Origin: Yuukianura sp. NJ FZ-2021
Lineage: Eukaryota
Direction of reading: 5' to 3'
Assembly: GCA_046563655.1 (NCBI GenBank)
Contig: CM102287.1
Span: 9,238,001 to 9,302,000, forward strand
DNA: 64,000 nucleotides
Below, piece by piece: positions 36,161 to 46,659 of this stretch; within the stretch, counting starts at the first letter, position 1; every line of letters starts with the position of its first letter. The notes under the pieces are model-generated. The model saw nothing but the letters and a program-made list of their open reading frames with translations. It ran no database searches and had not been told where the DNA came from. A program made the position numbers and the translations under genes.

Positions 36161-37452
36161 TTAAGTATCGTCAGATACTTATAGGGATCGTCTTGTCCGT
36201 CCGTCCGTCCACCAGTCCGTCTAATGGTTACAACTCGATAACCACTGCATTGATTTCTAAGCGGTGTTTTTAAATTAGTAACTACTGACCAGATAACTAA
36301 AATTAGTTTTTGGATTCACCTCAAGTGACCTCTAATGGTGTCAAAGGTCAAGCAGGTGAGGCTATTTCCAAGTGTTATTTAAAAAGAGTGATTTTCCTAC
36401 TAAATTTTTAACTTTGTGGAATTTCCAATTATGCTATTTAAAAAGAGTGATTTTCCTACTAAATTTTTAACGTTTTGGAATTTGGAATTATGTTATTTAG
36501 AAAGAGTGATTTTCCTACTAAACTTATAACTTTTTGGAATTTGGAACTATGTCATTAAGAAAGAGTGATTTCCAATTATGTTATTTAAAAAGAGTGATTT
36601 TCCTACTAAATTTTTAACTTTTTGGAATTTCCAATTATGTTATTTAAAAAGAGTGATTTTCCTACTAAATTTTTAACTTTTTGGAATTTCCAATTATGTT
36701 ATTTAAAAAGAGTGATTTTCCTATTTTATGTTATTTAAAAAGAGTGATTTTCCTACTAAATTTTTAACTTTTTGGAATTTCCAATTATGTTATTTAAAAA
36801 GAGTGATTTTCCTACTAAATTTTTAACTTTTTGGAATTTCCAATTATGTTATTTAAAAAGAGTGATTTTCCTACTAAATTTTTAACTTTTTGGAATTTCC
36901 AATTATGTTATTTAAAAAGAGTGATTTTCCTACTAAATTTTTAACTTTTTGGAATTTCCAATTATGTTATTTAAAAAGAGTGATTTTCCTACTAAATTTT
37001 TAACTTTTTGGAATTTCCAATTATGTTATTTAAAAAGAGTGATTTTCCTACTAAATTTTTAACGTTTTGGAATTTGGAATTATGTTATTTAAAAAGAGTG
37101 ATTTTCCTACTAAATTTTTAACTTTTTGGAATTTCCAATTATGTTATTTAAAAAGAGTGATTTTCCTACTAAATTTTTAACTTTTTGGAATTTCCAATTA
37201 TGTTATTTAAAAAGAGTGATTTTCCTACTAAATTTTTAACTTTTTGGAATTTCCAATTATGTTATTTAAAAAGAGTGATTTTCCTACTAAATTTTTAACT
37301 TTTTGGAATTTCCAATTATGTTATTTAAAAAGAGTGATTTTCCTACTAAATTTTTAACGTTTTGGAATTTCCAATTATGTTATTTAAAAAGAGTGATTTT
37401 CCTACTAAATTTTTAACGTTTTGGAATTTGGAATGTATGTTATTTAAAGAGT
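36161..37452 (+). mobile_element. non-autonomous DINE-1/HINE (Helentron-associated)-like element, 3' end not recognised
   Basis: Begins at a TT site with hairpin TAAGTATC-GTCA-GATACTTA (36162-36181), then (GTCC)4 at 36195-36210, a ~160-bp core and an internal tandem array. Confidence 0.55.
36375..37452. repeat. 59-bp minisatellite, ~18-19 copies
   Basis: Unit TTATTTAAAAAGAGTGATTTTCCTACTAAATTTTTAACTTTTTGGAATTTCCAATTATG; two internally truncated units near 36560 and 36720. Confidence 0.97.
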
Positions 37453-37694
37453 GTGTGCGCGCCTTCAGATTCAGACTTAAAATTCTGCTTACGAAATTGC
37501 AACATGCGTCACTCTATTGTTTTTGGACGGTTTCATTATAATCCGTATTTAATTATGATTCGAATTAACACCTCAATGTCAAGGTCAGCGCCATTTTTGA
37601 AGCAGATTGTGCATTCCCTTTTATAAAAGAGCTTTTTCCCTCCCCCTGCAAAATTTTTTTGTCTTCCAAGTTCGCAATTTGAACATTTTTGAAA

Positions 37695-38105
37695 ATGGAG
37701 CTGAAGTTTCTGGTTGTTGCCACCACCGTATGTGTTGCAGTTTGCTACAATGCGCTGGCGCTTGGAAACTACGAACAAAATGGCCCATTTATAGGAAAAC
37801 ACAGAAGTACACGGGAGGCGAATGGTAATTAAAGCACAAGTGAATGCGTTGATTCGCAAACTTCTTTTTCTGAACACACAAATTTACAAATGTTCAAATT
37901 TTGGTATTAAGATTTTTGATTTGTCATTTTAGTATCAGGCTGTAGCTGGTATGGAGTCAAGTACAACCTCACAGAGAAATTCAAGATCAAGTGTAACGAC
38001 TGCAAATGTCTTACGAAGGGCATTGCATGTACCAAACGAATTTGTGGAACAGAAGCCCCTCAGGCCTCTAATAACACCACTGAAGGAGCAGCTAACACAA
38101 GCTAA
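37695..38105 (+). CDS. pacifastin-like peptide 2 (exons 37695-37824, 37939-38105)
   Basis: Close duplicate of peptide 1 including intron and flanks; GCSWYGVKYNLTEKFKIKCNDCKCLTKGIACTKRICGTEAPQASNNTTEGAANTS*. Confidence 0.75.
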
Positions 38106-38428
38106 AAAGTTTTTGAAATAAAAATTTCGAAGAAAATTTTGAAATTTTTACAATCTATAATCTAACCAACATGGTGTAAACTCGAAACGTTTTAGTACGC
38201 GTGTTTATTTATAGAGTGTACCTATTTTAGTTATTGTTCGGAGGAGTTTTAATTACTTTAGCACTTTTTAAAAGTAGGGCAGTCTAACGCTACCGTTTTT
38301 CTTTGTCTGCGATTGGTCAGCGCTGCTGTTGAAGAAAAAACTAGCGGATTCAAATTTTGACGAAAATTGGGATAGAATAGGATTGAAATTAAAAATTTTC
38401 ACACAATATTTTTAAGTTTTCATCAAAA

Positions 38429-39451
38429 ATGAAAACTGGGTTTGGTTTTTTGGTGATTGTTGGTCTGTATGAAATTTACTGCAAAATGGATTTCGGGAGC
38501 TACGAGGATGTTGAATCTGTGATAGACAATCCGAGGCGTGCAAGAGCAGCGAAAGGTGGTACGGTAAAACATGTAACATATTTTTGAAAAATCTCTTTTT
38601 TTTTAAATTTGAGAGAATTGGAATTTGAATTTGTAGGGTGCACTTCTAAGAATGGAACGTGGTACAACGTCACGCAGAAATTCATGGTTAGTTGCAACTT
38701 CTGTAGATGTATTGGTGTAGATGTGGAGAACGAAGATAAGTCTTTGGAGAAACCCAGGATTGAATGTACCAGACGCAACTGCTCATTTCCTAACGTAATC
38801 GTTCTAAATCCAAACCGGACAACTGTACCTCCACTTAATGGAACTACTAAACCTACACCGAAAAAAGGTAAAAAGTACAGTTACACCAGAAAATGCAGCG
38901 AAAATTAACAAAGAATGATTAATTTGTGATTAGATATAAAAACTAACAAGTTTATTTCATAGCCGGTCATTAGCGCGAAACCACGAAAAAATCAATCTTA
39001 ATATATGGCAACAGTGTACCTGAACATTATTGAAGTGTAGGGTTGAATTTATAGCTGGGTAAGGTTTTATTGGAATGCAGGTTCATGTTGCCAACTTGTG
39101 GAATTCGCGCTAATTACCTGGAAGTGGAACCGTTTACTTTTAGTATTTTGGAAGAAAATGTTACTTTTTAAATAGTTTTGAAGAAATTTTCCTGGAAATA
39201 TTCCAATTTATAAGCAAATTCAAATTGCTACATCTTAAATTATTTATGTTTACGTTGAGTAAATTACGAATGGGTCATTTTATTCATTGTTGGAAGTGTG
39301 GTGTTAATTATGGTGTTAATTACTAACAGGACTACCACCAACATTACCACCCGCAACAACGAAGCGTACAGTACCAACCACTCCGGAGTCAGCGGAGGAA
39401 GCAGAAACGACGACTACGGTCCCAACCAAAAAACCAAAACCAAAAGGCTAA
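38429..39451 (+). CDS. pacifastin-like protein 3 with Thr/Pro-rich tail (exons 38429-38558, 38637-38867, 39330-39451)
   Basis: Hydrophobic leader, RRAR, CTSKNGTWYNVTQKFMVSCNFCRC-x18-CTRRNC; phase-1 introns; TACTAACAG acceptor. Confidence 0.7.
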
Positions 39452-39932
39452 GCTAAACCTTTGGAATTTTTTGGTTTTTAGACACAGTTGTAGACTAATT
39501 GTGAAATTACTTTTAAAAAAGACTAAAATGAATTATTTTGAATAAGATATTAAAAGTTTAAAAGCATAAAAATGCGTGTTTACAATATTTTTGTTTGAGA
39601 TTCTACCGCCCCTACAGGAGCACTTAAGTCAAGCTAAAGTTTTCAAGAAATAAAAATTTTAAAGAAATTCTTTGAAATGTTTACAATCATGGTTGTAAAC
39701 TTTGGAACGTTTGATTTTTTAGATGTGCGAATTTATTGAGAATGTATTTTGTTTATTGTTCAGAGGAATTGTGTTAATTATAGTTTTAATTACCTTTAGT
39801 ACTTTTTCAAAGTCTCACGCTTCAGTATTCCATTGTCTCGCCATTGGTCTACTGTTGAAAAAAAGCTAGCGGATTAAAAATTTTCTTTCAACTTAAAAAT
39901 TTTCATAAGATATTTTTCAATTTTCATCCAAG

Positions 39933-40685
39933 ATGAAAACCTTTGAGCGTGGTTTTGTGGTGATCGTTGTTCTGATTGCAATTTACTTCAGTACGAATTT
40001 CGGAAGCAACGCAGAAGAGGAATCTGCATTAGGCAAACCGAGACGTACAAGAGCACCTAATGATACTAATGTTACTAAAGGTACTGTCAACATATAAATC
40101 TTTTTTTGAAAAACTAAAATAATGAGACAATGGAAATTTGAATTTTCAGGCTGTACTTTGAATGGAACATGGCGCATTGCCGATCGAAACGTATTCTACT
40201 TGATTGATAAATGCAACAAGTGCAGATGTATTGCTATAGATGTAGAAGACCATGATTACGATTTGGCTAACGGCAGGCTTGAATGTACGCATAGGAACTG
40301 CGATCATCCAGACGTAAAAGTTTATAACGCAAACAGAACAACTGTACCTCCAACTAATGTTCCACCAACAAAAGGTAAAAACTACAGTTACAACAGAAAA
40401 TGCAGGATACAAGATGGGAGTATACTACTTATAAGCCCACCATTTTCAAAACTTGGTAGAACAAAAACAAAGTGGTTTTAAATAGTTTGGAAGAAATTTT
40501 CTTGGAAATGTTACAATTTATAAACAAATTCCAATTGCTCCAACTAAAATTATTCATGTTTACGTTGAGTAAATTATAAAGGGCCATAGTTATTGTTGGA
40601 AGTCTTGTGTTAATTGTGGTGTCAATTACTAACAGAAATACCAGCAACAGCAGGAACCACAGCTAAACCACAACAAAAAGGATGA
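39933..40685 (+). CDS. pacifastin-like protein 4 (exons 39933-40080, 40150-40374, 40636-40685); last exon frameshifted relative to protein 5
   Basis: Signal peptide, RRTR, CTLNGTWRIADRNVFYLIDKCNKCRC-x19-CTHRNC. Confidence 0.7.
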
Positions 40686-41117
40686 TGATGATGAGGATTA
40701 CTGCCCGGAGACGACGACGGCCCCACCTAAAACAGAAAAAAGAAAAAAAATAAGCCTTTGAAAGTTTTTTGGTTTTTAGACAGAATTGTTGAATAATTGC
40801 GACTACTTTAAAAAAACTGAAATTGATTATTTTGAATAAGATATGTTAACTACATTGTTAACTACTAACCTACTTTTTGCAAATGGAGTTAAGTGTCTTA
40901 GTTTATTGAGAGTGTATTTTATTTATTGTTCAGAGGAATTGTGTTAATTGTAGTTTTAATTACTTTAGTACTTTTTCAAAGTAGGCAAATAGGTCAGTCT
41001 CACGCTTCGGTACTTCCCTGTCTCGCCATTGGTCTACTGTTGAAAAAAAGCTAGCACATTAAAAACTTTCCTTTAACTTAAAAATTTTCATAAGATATTT
41101 TTCAATTTTCATCGAAG

Positions 41118-41863
41118 ATGAAAACCTTTGAGCGTGGTTTTGTGGCGATCGTTGTTCTGATTGGAATTTACTTCAGTACGAATTTTGGGAGCAACGCAGA
41201 AGAGGAATCTGCAATGGGCAAACCGAGACGTACAAGAGCAGCTAATGCTACTAATTCTACTGTTGGTACTGTAAACATGAACCTACATCTTTTTTTTTCA
41301 ATCTTTTTTTTTGAAAAACTAAAATATGAGAGAATGCAAATTTGAATTTGCAGGCTGTACTTGGAATGGAACATGGCACGAAGCCCAACGAAACGTATTC
41401 TTCTTCATTGATAAATGCAACCAATGCAGATGTATTGATATAGATGTAGACAACAACAATGACAAATTGCCTAAACCCAGGATTGAATGTACCCATAGGA
41501 ACTGTTCAGATCCTAAACGAAAAGTTTATAATCCAAAAAGGACAACTGTACCTCCAGCTAATGCAACTACTTCACATCCACAGAAAAAAGGTAAAACTAC
41601 AGTTTACAACAGGAAATGCAGCATACAAGGTGGGAGTACTACTTATTAAGCTGTTTTCCCAATTTCTTAGAAGAGGGTCTAAAAAGTTTTAGTTATTATA
41701 GGAAGTCCGATGTTAATTATGGTGTTAATTACTAACAGGAGTACCAGCAATAGCAACAACCACAACAACTAAACCTACAGTACCAACCACTCCGGAGTCA
41801 GAGGACTACCCGGAGGACACGACGACGACGGCCCCACCTAAAAAAGCAAAAGGAAAAAAATAA
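41118..41863 (+). CDS. pacifastin-like protein 5 (exons 41118-41265, 41354-41590, 41739-41863)
   Basis: Paralog of protein 4; RRTR, CTWNGTWHEAQRNVFFFIDKCNQCRC...CTHRNC, Thr/Pro tail, stop TAA 41861-41863. Confidence 0.72.
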
Positions 41864-42406
41864 GCCTAGGTGAAAGTTTTTTTTTTGAGTTTTCGATAGA
41901 GTTGTTGAATAATTGTGACTGTGACATTACTTTAAAAAAAAACTGAAGTTGACTATTTTGAATATGATATTAAAAGTTTGCGTTACCGAACTTCCTGATT
42001 ATTGTTCAACCTCACGTCAACACTGAAGTGAGAGTCCGAGGTCACATTTTTACTTGAACTAAAACTTGTTTACAATAAAGGTTGCTTAATTAGGTCAGAT
42101 CAACTAAATTTACTGTAGTAGTAGTATTTTCAAAGTTTATATGACGTTTTAAGCATTTCCGAAGAAATTTTCCTGGAAAGCATATTCCAATTTATAAACA
42201 AATTCAAATTGTATAATACACCTGGAATTTGCGATTTTTACGTTCAGTAAATTACAATGGGTCATTTTAGTTATTCGAGGAAGCGTGTTAACTAAATTGT
42301 TAATTACTAACCTACTTTTTGCAAAGTGAGTTAGTGTCGTATATTACTTGGTATGCCGTGTTGTTCTAAACAGATTAAATTTTTGCACCAAGTTTTCTGT
42401 CAAAAA

Positions 42407-42862
42407 ATGTTAAAAAAAGTGAATACTGGGTTTGCTCTTATGTTTGGCGTTGCATTGGCTGCAATTTGCTGCAGTATCCAGACAGTTCTATCGGAATACT
42501 TCGATGAAAACTACTTCGATGCAGAAGTACTTCGAATTAAGCGAAACTCTACCGGTAAGGACAAAACTATTTTTTAAACAATGTATTTTAGACCAACTAT
42601 TTAACAGAATTAAAAAGTTTTGAAAAAATTGGTATCATGAAAGTTAAAATTTTATCATTGTGAAGGCTGCACTAAAAATGGAACGACGCACAAAATATTG
42701 GACAAATGGAAGGTAGACTGTAACAATTGCCGTTGTACGGAAAAGGGAAGGATCGAATGCACTCGAAGGGACTGTGACAACGCTCCTAATGTGAAGGTGC
42801 ATAATCCTGCTAGAGTTAGTACAACTACGCAAACACCACCAGCCAACAAAACAAAACCCTAA
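42407..42862 (+). CDS. pacifastin-like peptide 6 (exons 42407-42554, 42666-42862)
   Basis: Signal peptide, RIKR, GCTKNGTTHKILDKWKVDCNNCRCTEKGRIECTRRDC; closest to the canonical pacifastin spacing. Confidence 0.78.
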
Positions 42863-43257
42863 AACATTTCAAGTTTTTGGTTTTCGACAAAGTTGTGAAT
42901 TTACTTTAAAAAAAATAAAATGAATTATTTTCAATAGGATATATTAAAAGTTTGCATTACCGACCTTCTTCATCATGCTCAACCTACGTCAACTCTGAAA
43001 TGAGACTCCGAGGCCACCATTTAACTTGAACTAAAACAGGTTTTCAATTAGTTTTACTTAACTTTTAATTAGGTCAGGTCAAGTAAACTTGCTGTCAACT
43101 TTTCAGACCGGTTTAGCATTTTTGAAAAGTTTCATTCCGTCTTTTCGAGGCTTTGTTGAATCTGAGTTCTAAATAGTGAGAAGATTTCAGAACTTTTAAA
43201 ATCTGAACATTTTTGAAAAACTTTTTGTTACTTTTTTTTTGAAATTTTTTTTTGGAA

Positions 43258-44835
43258 ATGAATAAGCTACGGTGTCTTTTGCTTGTGGTGTGTATTGCGT
43301 TTTCGTGTTGTTCAATTTCCTGGGGTGCTGGAGCTGTCAAGTCCTTCAAATGGTTTGTACAGGATGGTTCAGAAGTACAGAGTCCAGTAGTTCCTGTATC
43401 TCCGACTAAAATTGAAAAAGTGGCGGGATTTGTGTCAGATTTTGATGAGGGGTCAAAGGTCACCAACACAAGTGGAGTAAAAGTTGTCCTTAAAGCGGCA
43501 GCGGATGACGATGACATTGGAAGTTCAAATTGTCGCTGCGTCAGTCGTCACTACTGTCAAAATGGAATTCAAGTGACCAAGCAACGAGCGATCAACTTGG
43601 TACGATTTTCGAAAAAATTAAAAAAAGAAAAAAATTCTTTCTTAGTTTTTTTGAAATTGACTGAAATTGTTGTAAAGTAGACAAAATTTTTTACAGCCAC
43701 TTTGTCATGATCGAGAAATCATGTGCTGTGAGACCGTCAGTCCAGGATGTGGCATCGTAGAGAAATTTCCGCCGTTCCGTCCGCTTCCCTCGTTTGGAGA
43801 AGTTCGTATTTCTAAAATTGAAATTTTGAGAAACTTTTTTAAATTACAAAATTTTGAAAACTAGGCCAGTTATGGTGAGTTCCCATGGACAGTTTTGGTG
43901 ATCGACGGGAGGGAAGACATGATCTACGGAACGGGAATTCTCGTTGGTCCGAATCTAGTTCTCACGACTGCACGCAACATTCAACATGTTTCGTAAATTA
44001 AAAATTCAAAACAGGCAAAACTTTTTCTTGAGTTGTTCAAAATTTCTAAAATTTTGGAAATTTTCAAAATTTTAGACAAGGACGACCCATGCGTGTGCGT
44101 CTGGGTGAATGGGACTTGGCTTCCAACATAGAGCCATTTGAGGCACAAGAATTTTTAGTCCGCGAAATCATTCCGCACCGAGACTTTAATCCAAAAACTT
44201 TTCAAAACGACATTGCAATTTTACGTCTAAATGCGTCCATTGACTTTCCTGCGTTTCCGGCCATTCGGTCTGCTTGTATCGGACGGTCCGGAGAGGATCT
44301 CAAATTTATCAATGCAAAGTAAGGTCAAGGTCAAAGGTCAAACTAAGCCTAACTATGTTCTTACATTTAATTTGACCTTTGATATTCTTTTGGTTTAGAT
44401 GTTTTACTGCCGGATGGGGAACGAAATCCGACACGCGAATTGTGACCGGTCGCAATATATTGAAAAAAGTTGATTTGAAGGTGCATGATTCCGCAGTTTG
44501 TGAACGCGCCATTCGGCGCGGAGTTGATAACCCTGACTACCATTGGGACGAAGTCAGTTTCATGTGTGCTGGAGGAGAACAAGGAAAAGGACTATGTCGA
44601 GTACTGATTCAAAAAGTTCAACATTTTGAAATTTTATGAAATTTTGAATTTTATGGAATTTTTTAAGGGCGATGAAGGGGCAGCTCTGGTTTGTCGTGAC
44701 GGTGCACCGGGGTCACGCTACACGGTGGTCGGAATGGCATCGTGGGGAACGACTTGTGGCCAAGGCGGGTTTCCCGGAGTGTTTACGAATATCCCAACTT
44801 TTCAAAAATGGATTCAAACTTTTGATAGAAATTAA
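43258..44835 (+). CDS. clip-domain serine protease homolog (masquerade/PPAF2-like), non-catalytic
   Basis: Signal peptide; clip CRCVSRHYC...CHDREIMCC; EASYGEFPW; VRLGEWD; NDIAIL; CFTAGWG; catalytic motifs read TTARN and GDEGAA. Six exons. Confidence 0.9.
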
Positions 44836-45025
44836 TTTCAAAAATGTTAACATTAAAGTTGTCATGGGAACGTCAGCAGTAATTATTTTACGATTTGTGT
44901 AAACTTTATTTCCAATTTTGAATTTCAATTTTCAGTTTAGCCTCTTTAGCTTGTCGAGAGTTTTTTATTGAGGAATTTTTGAAACAATTTAGGTTAGTTT
45001 TTTTTCAATTCGAATTTTACCGGAA

Positions 45026-46014
45026 ATGGACACCCAAAAAATACCGAGTTTCGTTTGCGGTCCGAACTTGGTCAAACGCGGATTCCTCAAACCTCGGCTG
45101 AATCCCATCGATCCATCAGAACTTGATCCACGACCACCAATTCCGTGTGTACGGAATGCCTGCTGCGCATGTCGTCCTTGTCCACCCCCTGACCCCCCAC
45201 CATGCTTCGGCATGAAACTGAAACAACTCGAGAACTGCTACAACTGCCAAGTATCTGACGGATGTCACCGGCGCAAAGAGGCCTTCTACGACCGTTGGCA
45301 GACCTACTTGGATCGTCTCCCCATTCGCTATCCCAACTACGACTACACAACGTACTGCTGTGACGACTACGTTGACCTGAGTATCAACAGAGACTTTGAC
45401 CGGTACCTCTACTCTGAGTACAAGAAGGACTGGACAGGTCTGCTCAAATAACTTTTGAACGTTTAGAAAACGTTTTCTATTTTGAAAGTTTCGTTTTTTT
45501 TATTCAGGTCAAAGACGTCGAGCTCACATGAACTTTTTGTGGCCACGACTTCTGGGCCAGTCACTCGGAGAACAAGAAAACGACCGATCACGATGCGACA
45601 GAACTGAGGAATGTCCGAGTAAATGTACTCATCTCTGTGACGGGACTGACACGGACCAAGATTTGGTGGGAAACTTCAAAAAATGGGATAATTGTTGCAA
45701 AATTACTGTGATTATTGACCAATCTCCTTTGACTTTAGGCTGATCGAGTTCGTCTGTACGATGAAGACGGATACTCCCGATGGCATCAGTTGCAACTGGC
45801 TCCATACGGATTCACCGAAACGGCGACACTCGTCAAAAGTCGGATCCATCCGTTCCGGAAAGACACTTCGTTTTCGGCTCCACTGGAGGAACTGACGACC
45901 GGAAGAGAGCCACCGTACAAACAAATCAGAGACGAAAAGCTGAAGGTGACACATGGATGCCAGTATACCGTCGGTATCCCACACGGTATCACTACAACTA
46001 GACGCTGCAAATAA
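45026..46014 (+). CDS. uncharacterised Cys/Pro/Tyr-rich protein, 3 exons (45026-45437, 45508-45665, 45739-46014)
   Basis: Three ORF pieces join in frame at GT-AG sites; no signal peptide; no family recognised. Confidence 0.65.
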
Positions 46015-46659
46015 CGTTTTCAAACGTTGTTTTTTCAAACTGTTCAAATTTTAAGTATCAAAATGTTTTTAGGAAAAAAAGGCCAAGTCCTTCTTTAATA
46101 TTTTTTTAGTAGAAAAACGAGTAAAGTTCCTCTTCAAAAAATGAATTGATAACTCCTGTTATTTAATAATAGATCTACTAGAGGCGAAGATAATTAAATT
46201 AATTAAGCAGTAATTAACGTTTAGCTTTTGCTTAACATTAAGTTGCTTATTGTCCCAAAATAAATTCCAGCTTATTGTTCTAACTTATCCACATCGCTTT
46301 CTGGACGCATCGTTCCCGCTAGAGAACGGCGGGAGTTGAATTCTTGATTTCAAATTAACATATGTGGATCCTGTTCTAACAACAAAAAACACGTGAAGTC
46401 CACAAGGCGAGTGGTAAAAACGTAAACGTACATGTTAATCAATTAATCCGGTCATTTGGAATTAAGGAAACGAGGTAATTAGCTAGCGTGCAGTCATGAA
46501 ACATACATTTTAGTCTACGTGGGGAAACATTAACGCTAATCTTGATTTCATTTATTTGCTTGTACGATAGAAAACGGAAGAAATTGAGTCACCTGTGTCG
46601 CTGTGTCCATCCAACAACGTATTTCCTGTGAATTGAATTAGATTACTCTGCATTCTGGA

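Noticed and set aside
36375..37452. CRISPR array
   Set aside because: Units are head-to-tail with no unique spacers, there are no cas genes, and the context is eukaryotic; it is a minisatellite.
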